Positions 9,632 to 18,609 of a DNA stretch of 64,000 nucleotides are shown here, piece by piece. The notes under the pieces were generated by a model. That model was not told the origin of the DNA. It saw only the letters and a list, made by a program, of their open reading frames with translations, and did no database searches. A program made the position numbers and the translations under genes. Source of the DNA: an uncultured Gammaproteobacteria bacterium. GTDB taxonomy: Bacteria > Patescibacteriota > Microgenomatia > CAYXHB01 > CAZYTL01. Position 1 is the first letter of the stretch, and each line of letters starts with the position of its first letter. The DNA lies in the NCBI GenBank assembly GCA_964650355.1, contig CAZYTL010000003.1, positions 65,750-129,749 of the forward strand, given 5' to 3'.

Positions 9632-10468
9632 CTAGCCTCCCCCACTCGATTTTGCTCCACTTACATTGGTTGACCATTCCAATACTCTCTCCAATGCCTT
9701 CTCCATCGCCATTTCCCAAAAAGTCACATGCTTCTCTCGTTCCTTATCCAGTAAACCTTTCACCTCTTTTAATGTCATCTCCCATTCCGGGATATAAAAC
9801 ACATGATCGAGTGGCGCTCCCATCACCATTTCCCCTCGTGGTTCCGTCAACATCACTCCCCGCATCCTCCCATCAACATACTCCACCTCTCCCTCTTCTC
9901 CCCTTGTTATCTGCTCCATCTGTCCCTTATCTGTTTCCATCTGCCTGCCCGCCGTAACTTTAGTGTTGGCGGGTGTGCTCTCCTCTTGCTTTGCAGGAGG
10001 AGGAAACAACAATCCCACCACACACCGCCACTCTGCTCCCCGCGCCTCCGGAGGTATCGCCTGCATCCGCTCCAAACAATACTCTACAATCTCCTCATCC
10101 CTCATCACCGTTACCCCGTCCCTCCATCTCCTCATCAGCGCTCCCGGCTCTCGTCCCAAAGCATCAATACTCAAACCTCTCTCTTCCGCCATAATTATAT
10201 AATCGTCATTCCGTAAAGCCGTTGCTTCGTTAGATTGTTCCTCTGTATTTTCCTCTCGCTGTTTTTCGACTCTTAAGCTCTTTAGCCTCACCTCATACAT
10301 TCTGCACCTCACTGCCACATTCGCCTCCAACGTCCTCCCCGTATCCGGCAAATCTATCTCTATCCCCAACTCCTTCGGCATCTCCACCTCCACCTTATAC
10401 TTACCAAACCTCTCCCTTACCTCCAACAACTTCTTCTTATCCTCTGTCACATAGAGAACCTTGACCAT
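9632..10468 (-). CDS. divergent HAM1/ITPase-fold protein (motifs degenerate)
   Basis: VTEDKKKLLE, DTGRTLEAN, AEERGLSIDALGREPG, DHVFYIPE correspond to HAM1 motifs with substitutions. Confidence 0.7.
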   Translation of the reverse strand: MVKVLYVTEDKKKLLEVRERFGKYKVEVEMPKELGIEIDLPDTGRTLEANVAVRCRMYEVRLKSLRVEKQREENTEEQSNEATALRNDDYIIMAEERGLSIDALGREPGALMRRWRDGVTVMRDEEIVEYCLERMQAIPPEARGAEWRCVVGLLFPPPAKQEESTPANTKVTAGRQMETDKGQMEQITRGEEGEVEYVDGRMRGVMLTEPRGEMVMGAPLDHVFYIPEWEMTLKEVKGLLDKEREKHVTFWEMAMEKALERVLEWSTNVSGAKSSGGG

Positions 10469-10647
10469 TAACTTAATAATAACACTCTATACCTCTGCCC
10501 CAAAGAACATCGGGACCATCCGTGTACAACACCTTAACTCCCCCCACCCAGCCCTGTCCTCAATGCGTCCATTCCATCAGCATCTGCACCGGCACCAAAG
10601 ACCCTATTTGTAAAAACTGCGGTTTCAAAGACCCCTGCTGTGACTGG

Positions 10648-11139
10648 CTATTTTCTTTCTTTTTTATAATTCCCCATCTCCGGTATCACATACCTCACCC
10701 CTCCCCGAGGATCATCCATATCGCCCTCATACCTGGGAATCACATGCCAGTGCAAATGATCCACTGTCCTGCCTGCAGCCCGGCCATCATTCACGCCATG
10801 ATTATAAGCATCCGGCTTAGTATTAATCCTCGGATGTTTCAACGCCTGCGTGCAGAACCAAATTGAATTATCATTAAAAGGATTTTCTAAAAAACGCTTG
10901 TATACTTTCCTTAAGTCCTCACTTAAAATACCCTCAATTACCCTGTCTATTGCATTTTTTAAATCCGTCCATTCCTCTCTCGACAACCCTTTCAAATCAG
11001 GCACATGTCGCACAGGGAAAACTAACGCATGACCTGGAGCCACCGGAAACGGCTCAAATATAGCTATCCATTTATCATCCCGCCAGATAACAATCTCATT
11101 CGGTTTCAAAACACAAAAAGGACAATTCCTTACCATCAT
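10648..11139 (-). CDS. HIT family nucleotide hydrolase
   Basis: CPFC, PVAPGHALVFP.RH, HLHWH, DPRGGVR. Confidence 0.92.
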   Translation of the reverse strand: MMVRNCPFCVLKPNEIVIWRDDKWIAIFEPFPVAPGHALVFPVRHVPDLKGLSREEWTDLKNAIDRVIEGILSEDLRKVYKRFLENPFNDNSIWFCTQALKHPRINTKPDAYNHGVNDGRAAGRTVDHLHWHVIPRYEGDMDDPRGGVRYVIPEMGNYKKERK

Positions 11140-11194
11140 GAATCTCTGTTAATATAAACTGACCCCATCATATCACCAATAGTAGACCCAAACC

Positions 11195-11662
11195 ATGAAT
11201 CAAACCCTTCTCCGCATCGCCCAAAAAGGCATCATCTTAAACCAAACCAAAACCAAAATCCTGGTTGTAAAATACTCCACCGCCAAATACACCTCACAAA
11301 AGGTCAAAAACAAACTCGGATTACCAGGCGGGCAAATAGACTTCAGCGAGACCCCTGACGAATCATTTGTCAGAGAAGTAAAAGAAGAAACCGGCATCAC
11401 GATCGTTCCTCTCCTTCCTTTCCATATCTATACTTGGACATACCAAACTGAAACCCACCTAAAACAAATCATCGCCGTCGCCAGGCTCGGAATTTATCAA
11501 TCTGGAAAATTAACTACTCACAAGCAAGAAAGGGAAACCACTATAGAGTTTTCCCAATGGCTACCCATTAAAGAACTTCAACCCAAAGGGTTTATCATTG
11601 ATGAACAGCCCGTCATCACCAAATTCCTTCAATACCAAAAGCAAAATCCCTTCTCTCTTTAA
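11195..11662 (+). CDS. NUDIX hydrolase
   Basis: GGQIDFSETPDESFVREVKEETG Nudix box. Confidence 0.88.
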   Translation: MNQTLLRIAQKGIILNQTKTKILVVKYSTAKYTSQKVKNKLGLPGGQIDFSETPDESFVREVKEETGITIVPLLPFHIYTWTYQTETHLKQIIAVARLGIYQSGKLTTHKQERETTIEFSQWLPIKELQPKGFIIDEQPVITKFLQYQKQNPFSL

Positions 11663-11683
11663 TCATCCAGCCCACTAATAGCT

Positions 11684-12112
11684 TTACTTCGGTACTTTCC
11701 TCTTCCTCCTCTTCGTCACCACTTTCTCTAACTCTAGGCGCATTCTCTCCAATTCCTCATCCGTCATATCTTCTGCATCCATAAACCTGTTCCTCGCCGG
11801 CTTTATTGACCGAATCATCTCATCCAACTTCAAATGAATCGCCTTCGAATCCCGATTCTGCGTATTCTGAATCAAAAACACCATCAAAAAGGTCACAATC
11901 GTCGTCCCCGTATTAATCACCAATTGCCATGTATCCGAAAACCCAAACATCGGTCCCGTTAACAGCCACACCACAATCACCATCACCGCCAACATAAACA
12001 CCCGAGAAGTTCCCGCCAACTCCGCCACCTTCTTGGCAAACTTCCTAAACACATCATGCACCCCATTATGACTCTCCGTCGCCATCATTACTTCTAAATT
12101 ATGGTTTGTCAT
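11684..12112 (-). CDS. low-affinity iron permease (Fet4-like) family protein
   Basis: FSDTWQLVINTGTTIVTFLMVFLIQNTQNRD..AIHLKLDE family signature. Confidence 0.88.
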   Translation of the reverse strand: MTNHNLEVMMATESHNGVHDVFRKFAKKVAELAGTSRVFMLAVMVIVVWLLTGPMFGFSDTWQLVINTGTTIVTFLMVFLIQNTQNRDSKAIHLKLDEMIRSIKPARNRFMDAEDMTDEELERMRLELEKVVTKRRKRKVPK

Positions 12113-12124
12113 AAAACCAGTTTA

Positions 12125-13102
12125 TCAAAAATCCTCTCCTTCGTCGCCTTCTAAATACTCTTCCAGCTTTCCGGCATAAATCAACGGCACCACCCCGTGC
12201 ATAATATTATTGTTACTCGGCAATTCATACCGTAAACCAGTCCGTTCAGCAATCAACAACACATTCGCCAGCCCGATTGCTGCCCCGTCCACAAACCCCG
12301 GATGAGAAGGAAACAACTTCACCCTGTCTTTCCGATCCAATAACCGCGTCCGCCAATAAAATTCCCTTGTCTTATCCAAATCCACCTTAAAAGGATGCGA
12401 CTTTGAAAAATTAAACTTCTCCATCTCCACTCCTGCCTCTTGATAAAAATCAATTACCGATGTGGACCCATGTACCAAAGGCGCCTCTCCATCGAATCTC
12501 ACCTCTAAATCAGCAATCGCCTTTCTAATCTCCTCCTCAATTAATTCAAATTCCCTTTCTGTCGCCGGATCTCCTTTAATAAACCTCTCTCGCAAACTCA
12601 ACACTCCGGTCTTCAACAACTTATAGCTCTCTAACTTCTCCCTCTTTCCCCACATAAACTGCACCGATCCCCCGCCGATATCTATGCCCGCGATCCCCCC
12701 TTTCCACTCAAAATCACTTGTCATTCCTCTCCAAAACAACTCCATCTCCGCCTCATGGCTCAAAATCCGCACCTCCCACCCCAACTTGTCCTTAATCTTC
12801 TTCACCACATCCTTTGCATTCTCTGCCTTCCTTAATACCTCCGTTCCGATCACCTCCACTCGTTCCACCTTCATCCTTTCCACTTCTGACTTAAACCTCT
12901 GCAACGCCTCCATCGTCTTTACCAACCCCTCCTCTGACACCTGATCACCCTCCTCCATCCCTCTTCCCAACCTGGTTTCCTCTTTATCTTGAAAAATCAA
13001 CTTCAAATTCCCAAAATCCTGCTTTGCAGGACCCACCTCAAATACCAACAACTTGCTGCTATTCGTTCCCTGGTCAACCACTGCCACTCTTGCCTGCTTC
13101 AT
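12125..13102 (-). CDS. Ppx/GppA family phosphatase
   Basis: VVDQGTNSSKL, TRLGRG, GTEVLRKAEN, IDIGGGSVQ. Confidence 0.85.
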   Translation of the reverse strand: MKQARVAVVDQGTNSSKLLVFEVGPAKQDFGNLKLIFQDKEETRLGRGMEEGDQVSEEGLVKTMEALQRFKSEVERMKVERVEVIGTEVLRKAENAKDVVKKIKDKLGWEVRILSHEAEMELFWRGMTSDFEWKGGIAGIDIGGGSVQFMWGKREKLESYKLLKTGVLSLRERFIKGDPATEREFELIEEEIRKAIADLEVRFDGEAPLVHGSTSVIDFYQEAGVEMEKFNFSKSHPFKVDLDKTREFYWRTRLLDRKDRVKLFPSHPGFVDGAAIGLANVLLIAERTGLRYELPSNNNIMHGVVPLIYAGKLEEYLEGDEGEDF

Positions 13103-13165
13103 TCTCCCATTATATCCGGCTCACTAAAACCTACTCAACACCACCTCTAAACTATTTACTCCTAT

Positions 13166-13600
13166 CTAAGCTGCCATTGGCAAGTCTTCTTTCATCATCT
13201 CTATCAAATCGTCTAACTCGCCTGGAAACGCATGCCTCGCATCATGCCACGTTTTCTGGGAAGCTAATTTATCAGGCTCTTTACCTCCAATAAATAAATC
13301 ATGAAATTCATACGCCAATACAGGAATTCCAGGAGTTAACCTTTCAAATTCTCTTAATTGAACTCCATCGTCCTGGAGTGAACTCAACACCTTCGTTCTA
13401 CTTTCTACTTGTCTATTAACCCGAGCAATAAAACTTGACCTACTGAAATCTCCCGCTCTAAACCAATCTCTATCAGCAATCACCGTCTTTAATAAACCCT
13501 CAAATTCAGTCAGCGAATGCTTTGCCTCCATCACCTCACCAAGAGTCGGCTCACCCATTTCTACCACATTTTCCGAACCAACTACTGGAAGTTCTCCCAT
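13166..13600 (-). CDS. hypothetical protein
   Basis: 144-aa ORF with TATACT just upstream of the ATG. Confidence 0.55.
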   Translation of the reverse strand: MGELPVVGSENVVEMGEPTLGEVMEAKHSLTEFEGLLKTVIADRDWFRAGDFSRSSFIARVNRQVESRTKVLSSLQDDGVQLREFERLTPGIPVLAYEFHDLFIGGKEPDKLASQKTWHDARHAFPGELDDLIEMMKEDLPMAA

Positions 13601-13694
13601 ACTAAAACATAGTATAACTTAATTACCTCTTCACCAGCAACTGCGATTTCGTACAAAATCTCTAACTCCGCCTCTAAACTCATCCTCAGCACAC

Positions 13695-14105
13695 TCACAT
13701 CTCCAGCTCATCTTGCCAATAAGCCTCTACCAAATTCTTAGTATTCGGCGAGACCTCATTCTCCATCTCCTTTAACTCCTGCCAGGAAAAATAAGCCAGC
13801 TTATCAAACTTCTCTTTTTCCTTGGTCTCTGGTTTCCCATCCTCTACCTCAGCTAAATACCACACATAACCCATCGTGTATCCGTCTTCTTTAAAATCCG
13901 CTCTTCCCAGTTCCTTCACTATCTCCACCTTTACTCCCAATTCTTCCTCCACCTCCCTTTCCGCCGCCTCTTCGGACCCTTCTCCCTCTTCGATCTTTCC
14001 GCCCGGCGTTTCCCACTGCACTCTCTTAGGAGTATTCCTATGCAACAACAGCACTTTACCGGCCCCATCTAAAATCACGCATCCAGCCAACAAAATCTTA
14101 TCCAT
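13695..14105 (-). CDS. NUDIX hydrolase, MutT-like
   Basis: WETPGGKIEEGEGSEEAAEREVEEELG. Confidence 0.9.
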   Translation of the reverse strand: MDKILLAGCVILDGAGKVLLLHRNTPKRVQWETPGGKIEEGEGSEEAAEREVEEELGVKVEIVKELGRADFKEDGYTMGYVWYLAEVEDGKPETKEKEKFDKLAYFSWQELKEMENEVSPNTKNLVEAYWQDELEM

Positions 14106-14116
14106 GTTCCATATTG

Positions 14117-14251
14117 TATACTACTTTACTTTCACTTCTAAATAGTAGTATATACTCAGTAGCCTCAAACTAACTTAAATTCTAACTCCTCAAATCAAGT
14201 GAAAACTCCGTAATATGTACGAATTTCTTAACTTTTAAGCGAAGGAGTATA
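14117..14251. repeat. intergenic element copy 2: TATACTCAGTAGC-N75-GCGAAGGAGTATA
   Basis: same termini as 2141-2273. Confidence 0.6.
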
Positions 14252-14263
14252 CACCCTAAATCC

Positions 14264-14806
14264 TTAAATCTGCACTTCCCTTCCCTTCGTTGTATCCCTC
14301 CCTCCTTGCCACTGACCTCTGTACAAATTCACCGCCTCTCCTTTAATCTCTACAAAAAACACCTGCACAAACCTGGCCCCCAATTCCATCTCTACCGAAA
14401 TATTTCCCGCATTAAACATTCCAAAATACAACGCTCCCCTATACCCGGGATCCGCAATCCAAGCTCTCAGCATCAAACCGCTCCTCACTGTCGTCCCCCT
14501 AGGCTTGATTATTGCCGTTATATTCTTGGGCAAATCCACCTCTTCAATCGTCTTAGTCAAATAATACTTACCCGGCTCAAACACAAACTTCGTCACCCTC
14601 TTCGGATCATAAGCCGCCAACTCCACCAGATCAGGCGTCTCCCGTTCCTCAATCCCGATAAACGCTTTCCCTTTCAATTCAAATACCTTATCCAACCGCA
14701 AATCAAACACACACCCTTCAGGACTCTCCAATTCCCTTTCCGCCAATCCCGTCACCAAAGCATGTTTCTTCATTAACTTTCGCAATTCCGAATGTCCCAA
14801 AATCAT
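14264..14806 (-). CDS. trimeric dUTPase/dCTP-deaminase-fold protein, probably archaeal-type dUTPase
   Basis: FDLRL, PRGTTVRSGL, ADPGYRG, LGARFVQ, YRGQWQGG; deaminase Glu absent. Confidence 0.75.
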   Translation of the reverse strand: MILGHSELRKLMKKHALVTGLAERELESPEGCVFDLRLDKVFELKGKAFIGIEERETPDLVELAAYDPKRVTKFVFEPGKYYLTKTIEEVDLPKNITAIIKPRGTTVRSGLMLRAWIADPGYRGALYFGMFNAGNISVEMELGARFVQVFFVEIKGEAVNLYRGQWQGGRDTTKGREVQI

Positions 14807-14907
14807 AAACTACATTATATATTCCCCATACTCTAAATGCGGAACAATTTATCTATCCCCAAATACCCTCTATTTTTAGAATCCTAATTCCATTATATAA
14901 TTAATCC

Positions 14908-15831
14908 ATGGAAACTGTACCCTTGAAAGAAAAAGTTATAAAAACAATCAGACCACAAGAGATAACTAATTTATTTGAAAAATTTCCAGTAGGCAGCTTT
15001 GGCGAAAATTTTGACCAATTTAGTCTAAAAGATGCTGTCTCGGCCAGATATAAACAGGTATTTCGCCGTAAAGGATATCGAGCATTAATGAATGAAATTA
15101 ATCAACAAATCGATCAAGGAACCGAATCATATGAACAAGAGGCAGTAAAACACTTAGAAAGAATAAGATCAAACGTAGAATACATCCAAACTGACGAAGT
15201 ACAACAAATCGCTCACGAACTAACAGAGAAACAACCAAATTTAGATCCCAAATGGTTGTTGGATGACGCTTTATCCGGACGACAGATGGATCAAATCATC
15301 CACACTGACGAGCGAGGTCGGAGAATTACTCGGTTCAGGCTACTTGATAACTATAGGCCACAATCAAATAGAAACCAGCCTCTTTGCGGTTTCAACTTTC
15401 CTCCTTTACACGGAGAGCATTCAAATATCACGGCTCTCTTTGTAAATGGTGAGCTAGACGAATTACAAACAGGAGGAATTTCCCATATCAACAGCCTAAA
15501 ATTCGAAAACGGTCAAGTAACTTCTCTTTCTTATTCTGGCGTAGATTGGTTTGATACCTCTGAAGAAACCATCAAAGCGAAACATAGATTACCAGACAAA
15601 GTCCAATTACAAAAATTTGGAAATTTCTTTACACTTCATTTCCCGGAACTAGTGTCCCAAACTGCGAACTCCCGAACCTTCAGACTCAAAGCGTCTCCTA
15701 TGTGGAAAGACACAGGCCACAATCAACCGCAAGAAAATACTTATACAGTTACCTTAAACCAAGATGGGCAGATTACAGAAATTAGAAACGGATGGGATAA
15801 ACCTCTCCTCACTCCGGCAACCGCCAGTTAA
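14908..15831 (+). CDS. hypothetical protein (AT-richer than neighbours)
   Basis: 307-aa ORF, TATAAT 6 nt upstream of the ATG. Confidence 0.65.
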   Translation: METVPLKEKVIKTIRPQEITNLFEKFPVGSFGENFDQFSLKDAVSARYKQVFRRKGYRALMNEINQQIDQGTESYEQEAVKHLERIRSNVEYIQTDEVQQIAHELTEKQPNLDPKWLLDDALSGRQMDQIIHTDERGRRITRFRLLDNYRPQSNRNQPLCGFNFPPLHGEHSNITALFVNGELDELQTGGISHINSLKFENGQVTSLSYSGVDWFDTSEETIKAKHRLPDKVQLQKFGNFFTLHFPELVSQTANSRTFRLKASPMWKDTGHNQPQENTYTVTLNQDGQITEIRNGWDKPLLTPATAS

Positions 15832-15937
15832 ACTAGTTAAACTCTACACTTCGCAAGTACTCCATCCGCTCACCTTATACTTCCAACACCTAGTCTCCTT
15901 TCCTTTTATCTCACTTCTGTTTAAATCGTTTCTTCAT

Positions 15938-15966
15938 TAGACATAATTCCCCTATCAAGCTACAAT
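15938..15966 (+). promoter_or_regulatory. promoter of the ThyA-like operon, likely leaderless
   Basis: TAGACA-17bp-TACAAT, 8 nt before ATG 15975; no SD. Confidence 0.65.
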
Positions 15967-15974
15967 AAATTCCA

Positions 15975-16811
15975 ATGCTTCCTCTAGACCTTCAATACCA
16001 AAAAATACTCCGCCAACTCATGACCAAAGGCATTGAAGAAACCAACCAACGCACCGGACACCAAACCAAAAGCCTTCCCGGGATTACCGTCCAAATCGAT
16101 CTCCGACACAGCTTCCCCTTACTCACCTTGCGAAAAATACCCATCAAAATCTTCGTCGCCGAACAAATCTGGTTCATCATGGGCAGCCGCCGGCCCGACG
16201 AATTCCTCAAAGAATTCACCGGAATCTGGGACGATTTCACCAACATTGGAGGCGTGGTTACCGTTGCCTACGGCTACCGCATGCGCCACCACTTTGGTAG
16301 AGACCAACTGGCCTTACTCATTAAACTGCTGGAAAAGGACCCCAGTTCTCGCCACGGAGTTATTGTCTTCTGGGACCCGGGTGATGACGGACTCGCCCAA
16401 AGCAGAAAAAAGAAAAACGTCCCCTGTCCCTACACCTTCACCACCAATATCATCGGCGGACAACTGCACTTCCATTTAATTGTTCGCTCCAACGACATGA
16501 TTCTAGGTTTTCCTCACGACTTAGCCGGCTTTGCTCTCCTGGCCCATATCCTAGCTTCCAGACTTGGCGTCCAACCCGGTATCTTTACCCATTCCATCAG
16601 CAACGCTCATGTTTACGACATCCACTATTCAGCAGCCCAAACCATGATCCACAGAAAAATTAATCACCCCCCCATAAAACTTACCACCCAACCTGACTAC
16701 TTCTCCCGCGCAGAACATGGAGATCGCACCCTGGTCAGTGGTATAGTAAGTCAGTTACAATCCCAATATCATCCCGGCCCACCCATCAAAGGCCTCAAAA
16801 TCGTCTTATAA
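15975..16811 (+). CDS. thyA: thymidylate synthase/dCMP hydroxymethylase family protein with the dCMP-type Asp determinant
   Basis: RTG, FPLLT, AEQIWF, AYG, catalytic Cys151 in VPCP, RSNDMILGFPHD (Asp182), NAHVY. Confidence 0.9.
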   Translation: MLPLDLQYQKILRQLMTKGIEETNQRTGHQTKSLPGITVQIDLRHSFPLLTLRKIPIKIFVAEQIWFIMGSRRPDEFLKEFTGIWDDFTNIGGVVTVAYGYRMRHHFGRDQLALLIKLLEKDPSSRHGVIVFWDPGDDGLAQSRKKKNVPCPYTFTTNIIGGQLHFHLIVRSNDMILGFPHDLAGFALLAHILASRLGVQPGIFTHSISNAHVYDIHYSAAQTMIHRKINHPPIKLTTQPDYFSRAEHGDRTLVSGIVSQLQSQYHPGPPIKGLKIVL

Positions 16812-16834
16812 TTACTACCAACTCTCACCACCAC

Positions 16835-17479
16835 ATGACCACCGACAAAATCCTCACCCACAAACAAATCCTTGAGCGCCTTGCTCAAAAAAACATCAAC
16901 TTCGACCCTCCTCTGGATAAATTCCAAATCCAGTCCCATTCCGTCGACCTCAGAATCGGCTTCACCTTCCTCATGCCCAAATATTGGCAACTCGCTCCTG
17001 AAGGTCGGGTCGCCATTCACTCCGATTACACCCAAACCAACGACAACTTTACTGTCATCGAACTCGAGCCCGGACAATTTTTCGAAATTCTCCCCAACGA
17101 ATACGTCGCTTTCTCTACTCTGGAAAAAATCAGTCTCCCTCCTGACCTCATGGCCATCCTCTACCCCCGCTCATCAGTCAACCGCCGGGGTTTATCAGTC
17201 GATCTCAGCGGCATCGTTGACGCCGGCTACGAAGGCCACCTTACTATTCCCGTGAGAAATAATACTCCCACCCAAACCATCAGAGTCTATCCCGGTGAAA
17301 GATTCTGCCAACTTGTTTTTCACACCCTTTCCCAGCCGGTCAAACCCGTTACCAGTCGCTTCCACCGCAAAGACGTGGCCCTTACTTTTGGCAGCCAAAA
17401 GGAAAAGGACCCCCGGGAAACCAAATTAATTAAATCAGGCAAAATCAGCCAATTGAAAGACAAATATACTCTCAAATAA
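16835..17479 (+). CDS. dCTP deaminase (Dcd)-fold protein lacking the catalytic Glu
   Basis: SVDLRIG, RSSVNRRGL, VDAGYEGHLTIPVRN, YPGERFCQL. Confidence 0.8.
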   Translation: MTTDKILTHKQILERLAQKNINFDPPLDKFQIQSHSVDLRIGFTFLMPKYWQLAPEGRVAIHSDYTQTNDNFTVIELEPGQFFEILPNEYVAFSTLEKISLPPDLMAILYPRSSVNRRGLSVDLSGIVDAGYEGHLTIPVRNNTPTQTIRVYPGERFCQLVFHTLSQPVKPVTSRFHRKDVALTFGSQKEKDPRETKLIKSGKISQLKDKYTLK

Positions 17480-17486
17480 CCTGTTC

Positions 17487-17996
17487 ATGATCATTGCCAT
17501 CGCCGCCACCTCTTTAGATGGTAAAATTGCCCTTCATTCCCAAGATGACACCTCCTGGAGCTCCCCGGAAGATAAAAAATTATTCAAACAAGCCACCCAA
17601 AAAGCCGGTGTCCTGGTCATTGGTCGCACCACCTGGAAAACCATCAACCGCCCTCTCCCCGACAGACAAATCATCGTCCTCACCCGCAAACCACCAACCT
17701 CTAAATACCCTACCGTCGAATTCACCCATCTTCCTCCTCAAAAATTAATCACCGAACTGACTTCTCGAGGCTACCGCGATATCTTCTTCGCGGGGTGCCA
17801 GCAAATCTACACCCTCTTTTTAACCCAAAAACTCATCGACCAGCTCTGGATCACCATCGAACCCTACCTCTTCGGTCACCCAGCTCTCAGTTTATTCTCC
17901 TCTCTCCCCGCCTCGCCTATCAAACTCAAACTCCTCACCCTCCAACGGCTCAACCCCAACTCAATCCACCTCAAGTACCAAATCATCTATGAGTAA
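17487..17996 (+). CDS. folA: dihydrofolate reductase family protein
   Basis: AATSLDGKIA, WSSPEDKKLF, IGRTTW, RPLPDRQIIVLT, IDQLWITIEP; operonic with the ThyA homologue. Confidence 0.8.
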   Translation: MIIAIAATSLDGKIALHSQDDTSWSSPEDKKLFKQATQKAGVLVIGRTTWKTINRPLPDRQIIVLTRKPPTSKYPTVEFTHLPPQKLITELTSRGYRDIFFAGCQQIYTLFLTQKLIDQLWITIEPYLFGHPALSLFSSLPASPIKLKLLTLQRLNPNSIHLKYQIIYE

Positions 17997-18609
17997 CCGC
18001 CCCCCTTTCCTTATCTCATCCCAAAAAAATCAAGGAGCCGAAATCGTCTCTCTCACTTACCCCCACGGCACTTCTCCTCAACCATCAGCCCTTGATCTCT
18101 CCGCCCTTGTTTTATTCACTCAAAAAGCCCTCGACCACCAAACCCAAGAAATTTATCTCCGCCTGCCCTACAAATCTCCCCTCATCACCATCGAATATGG
18201 AAACAGCCCTTTTTTACACCAAGCGCAACAAATTGCCCGCCAACACTCCTTGGATCCCGGACATCCCACTGCCACCGTATTAGTTAAAGGCCATCAAATC
18301 ATCAGCTCCGGAGCTAACGGCTCCACCTATCATGATCAATATGGCTGTAGAAGAAAAGAACTAAACATCCCTACCGGCCAAGGATATGAACTCTGTGAAG
18401 GATGCCATCCCAAAAACCACTCCGAACCTACCGCCATCAGAGCCGCAGCAGCCGCTCACAAAACCCACCTCCTTTCCGAAGCCACCGCCTATCTCTATGG
18501 CCACTGGTGGTGTTGCCAACCCTGCTGTGCTGCCCTGGAACAAGCCGGCATAACCAAAGTCGTCTTTTCCCTCCCCTGGACCCAAAAATTTCTGGAGATT
18601 GATATCTAA
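17989..18609 (+). CDS. dCMP deaminase-family zinc deaminase
   Basis: SGANG, CRRKELNIPTGQGYELC, HSE..AI, CCQPC zinc motif, AGITKV; start overlaps the folA stop. Confidence 0.8.
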   Translation: MSNRPPFLISSQKNQGAEIVSLTYPHGTSPQPSALDLSALVLFTQKALDHQTQEIYLRLPYKSPLITIEYGNSPFLHQAQQIARQHSLDPGHPTATVLVKGHQIISSGANGSTYHDQYGCRRKELNIPTGQGYELCEGCHPKNHSEPTAIRAAAAAHKTHLLSEATAYLYGHWWCCQPCCAALEQAGITKVVFSLPWTQKFLEIDI

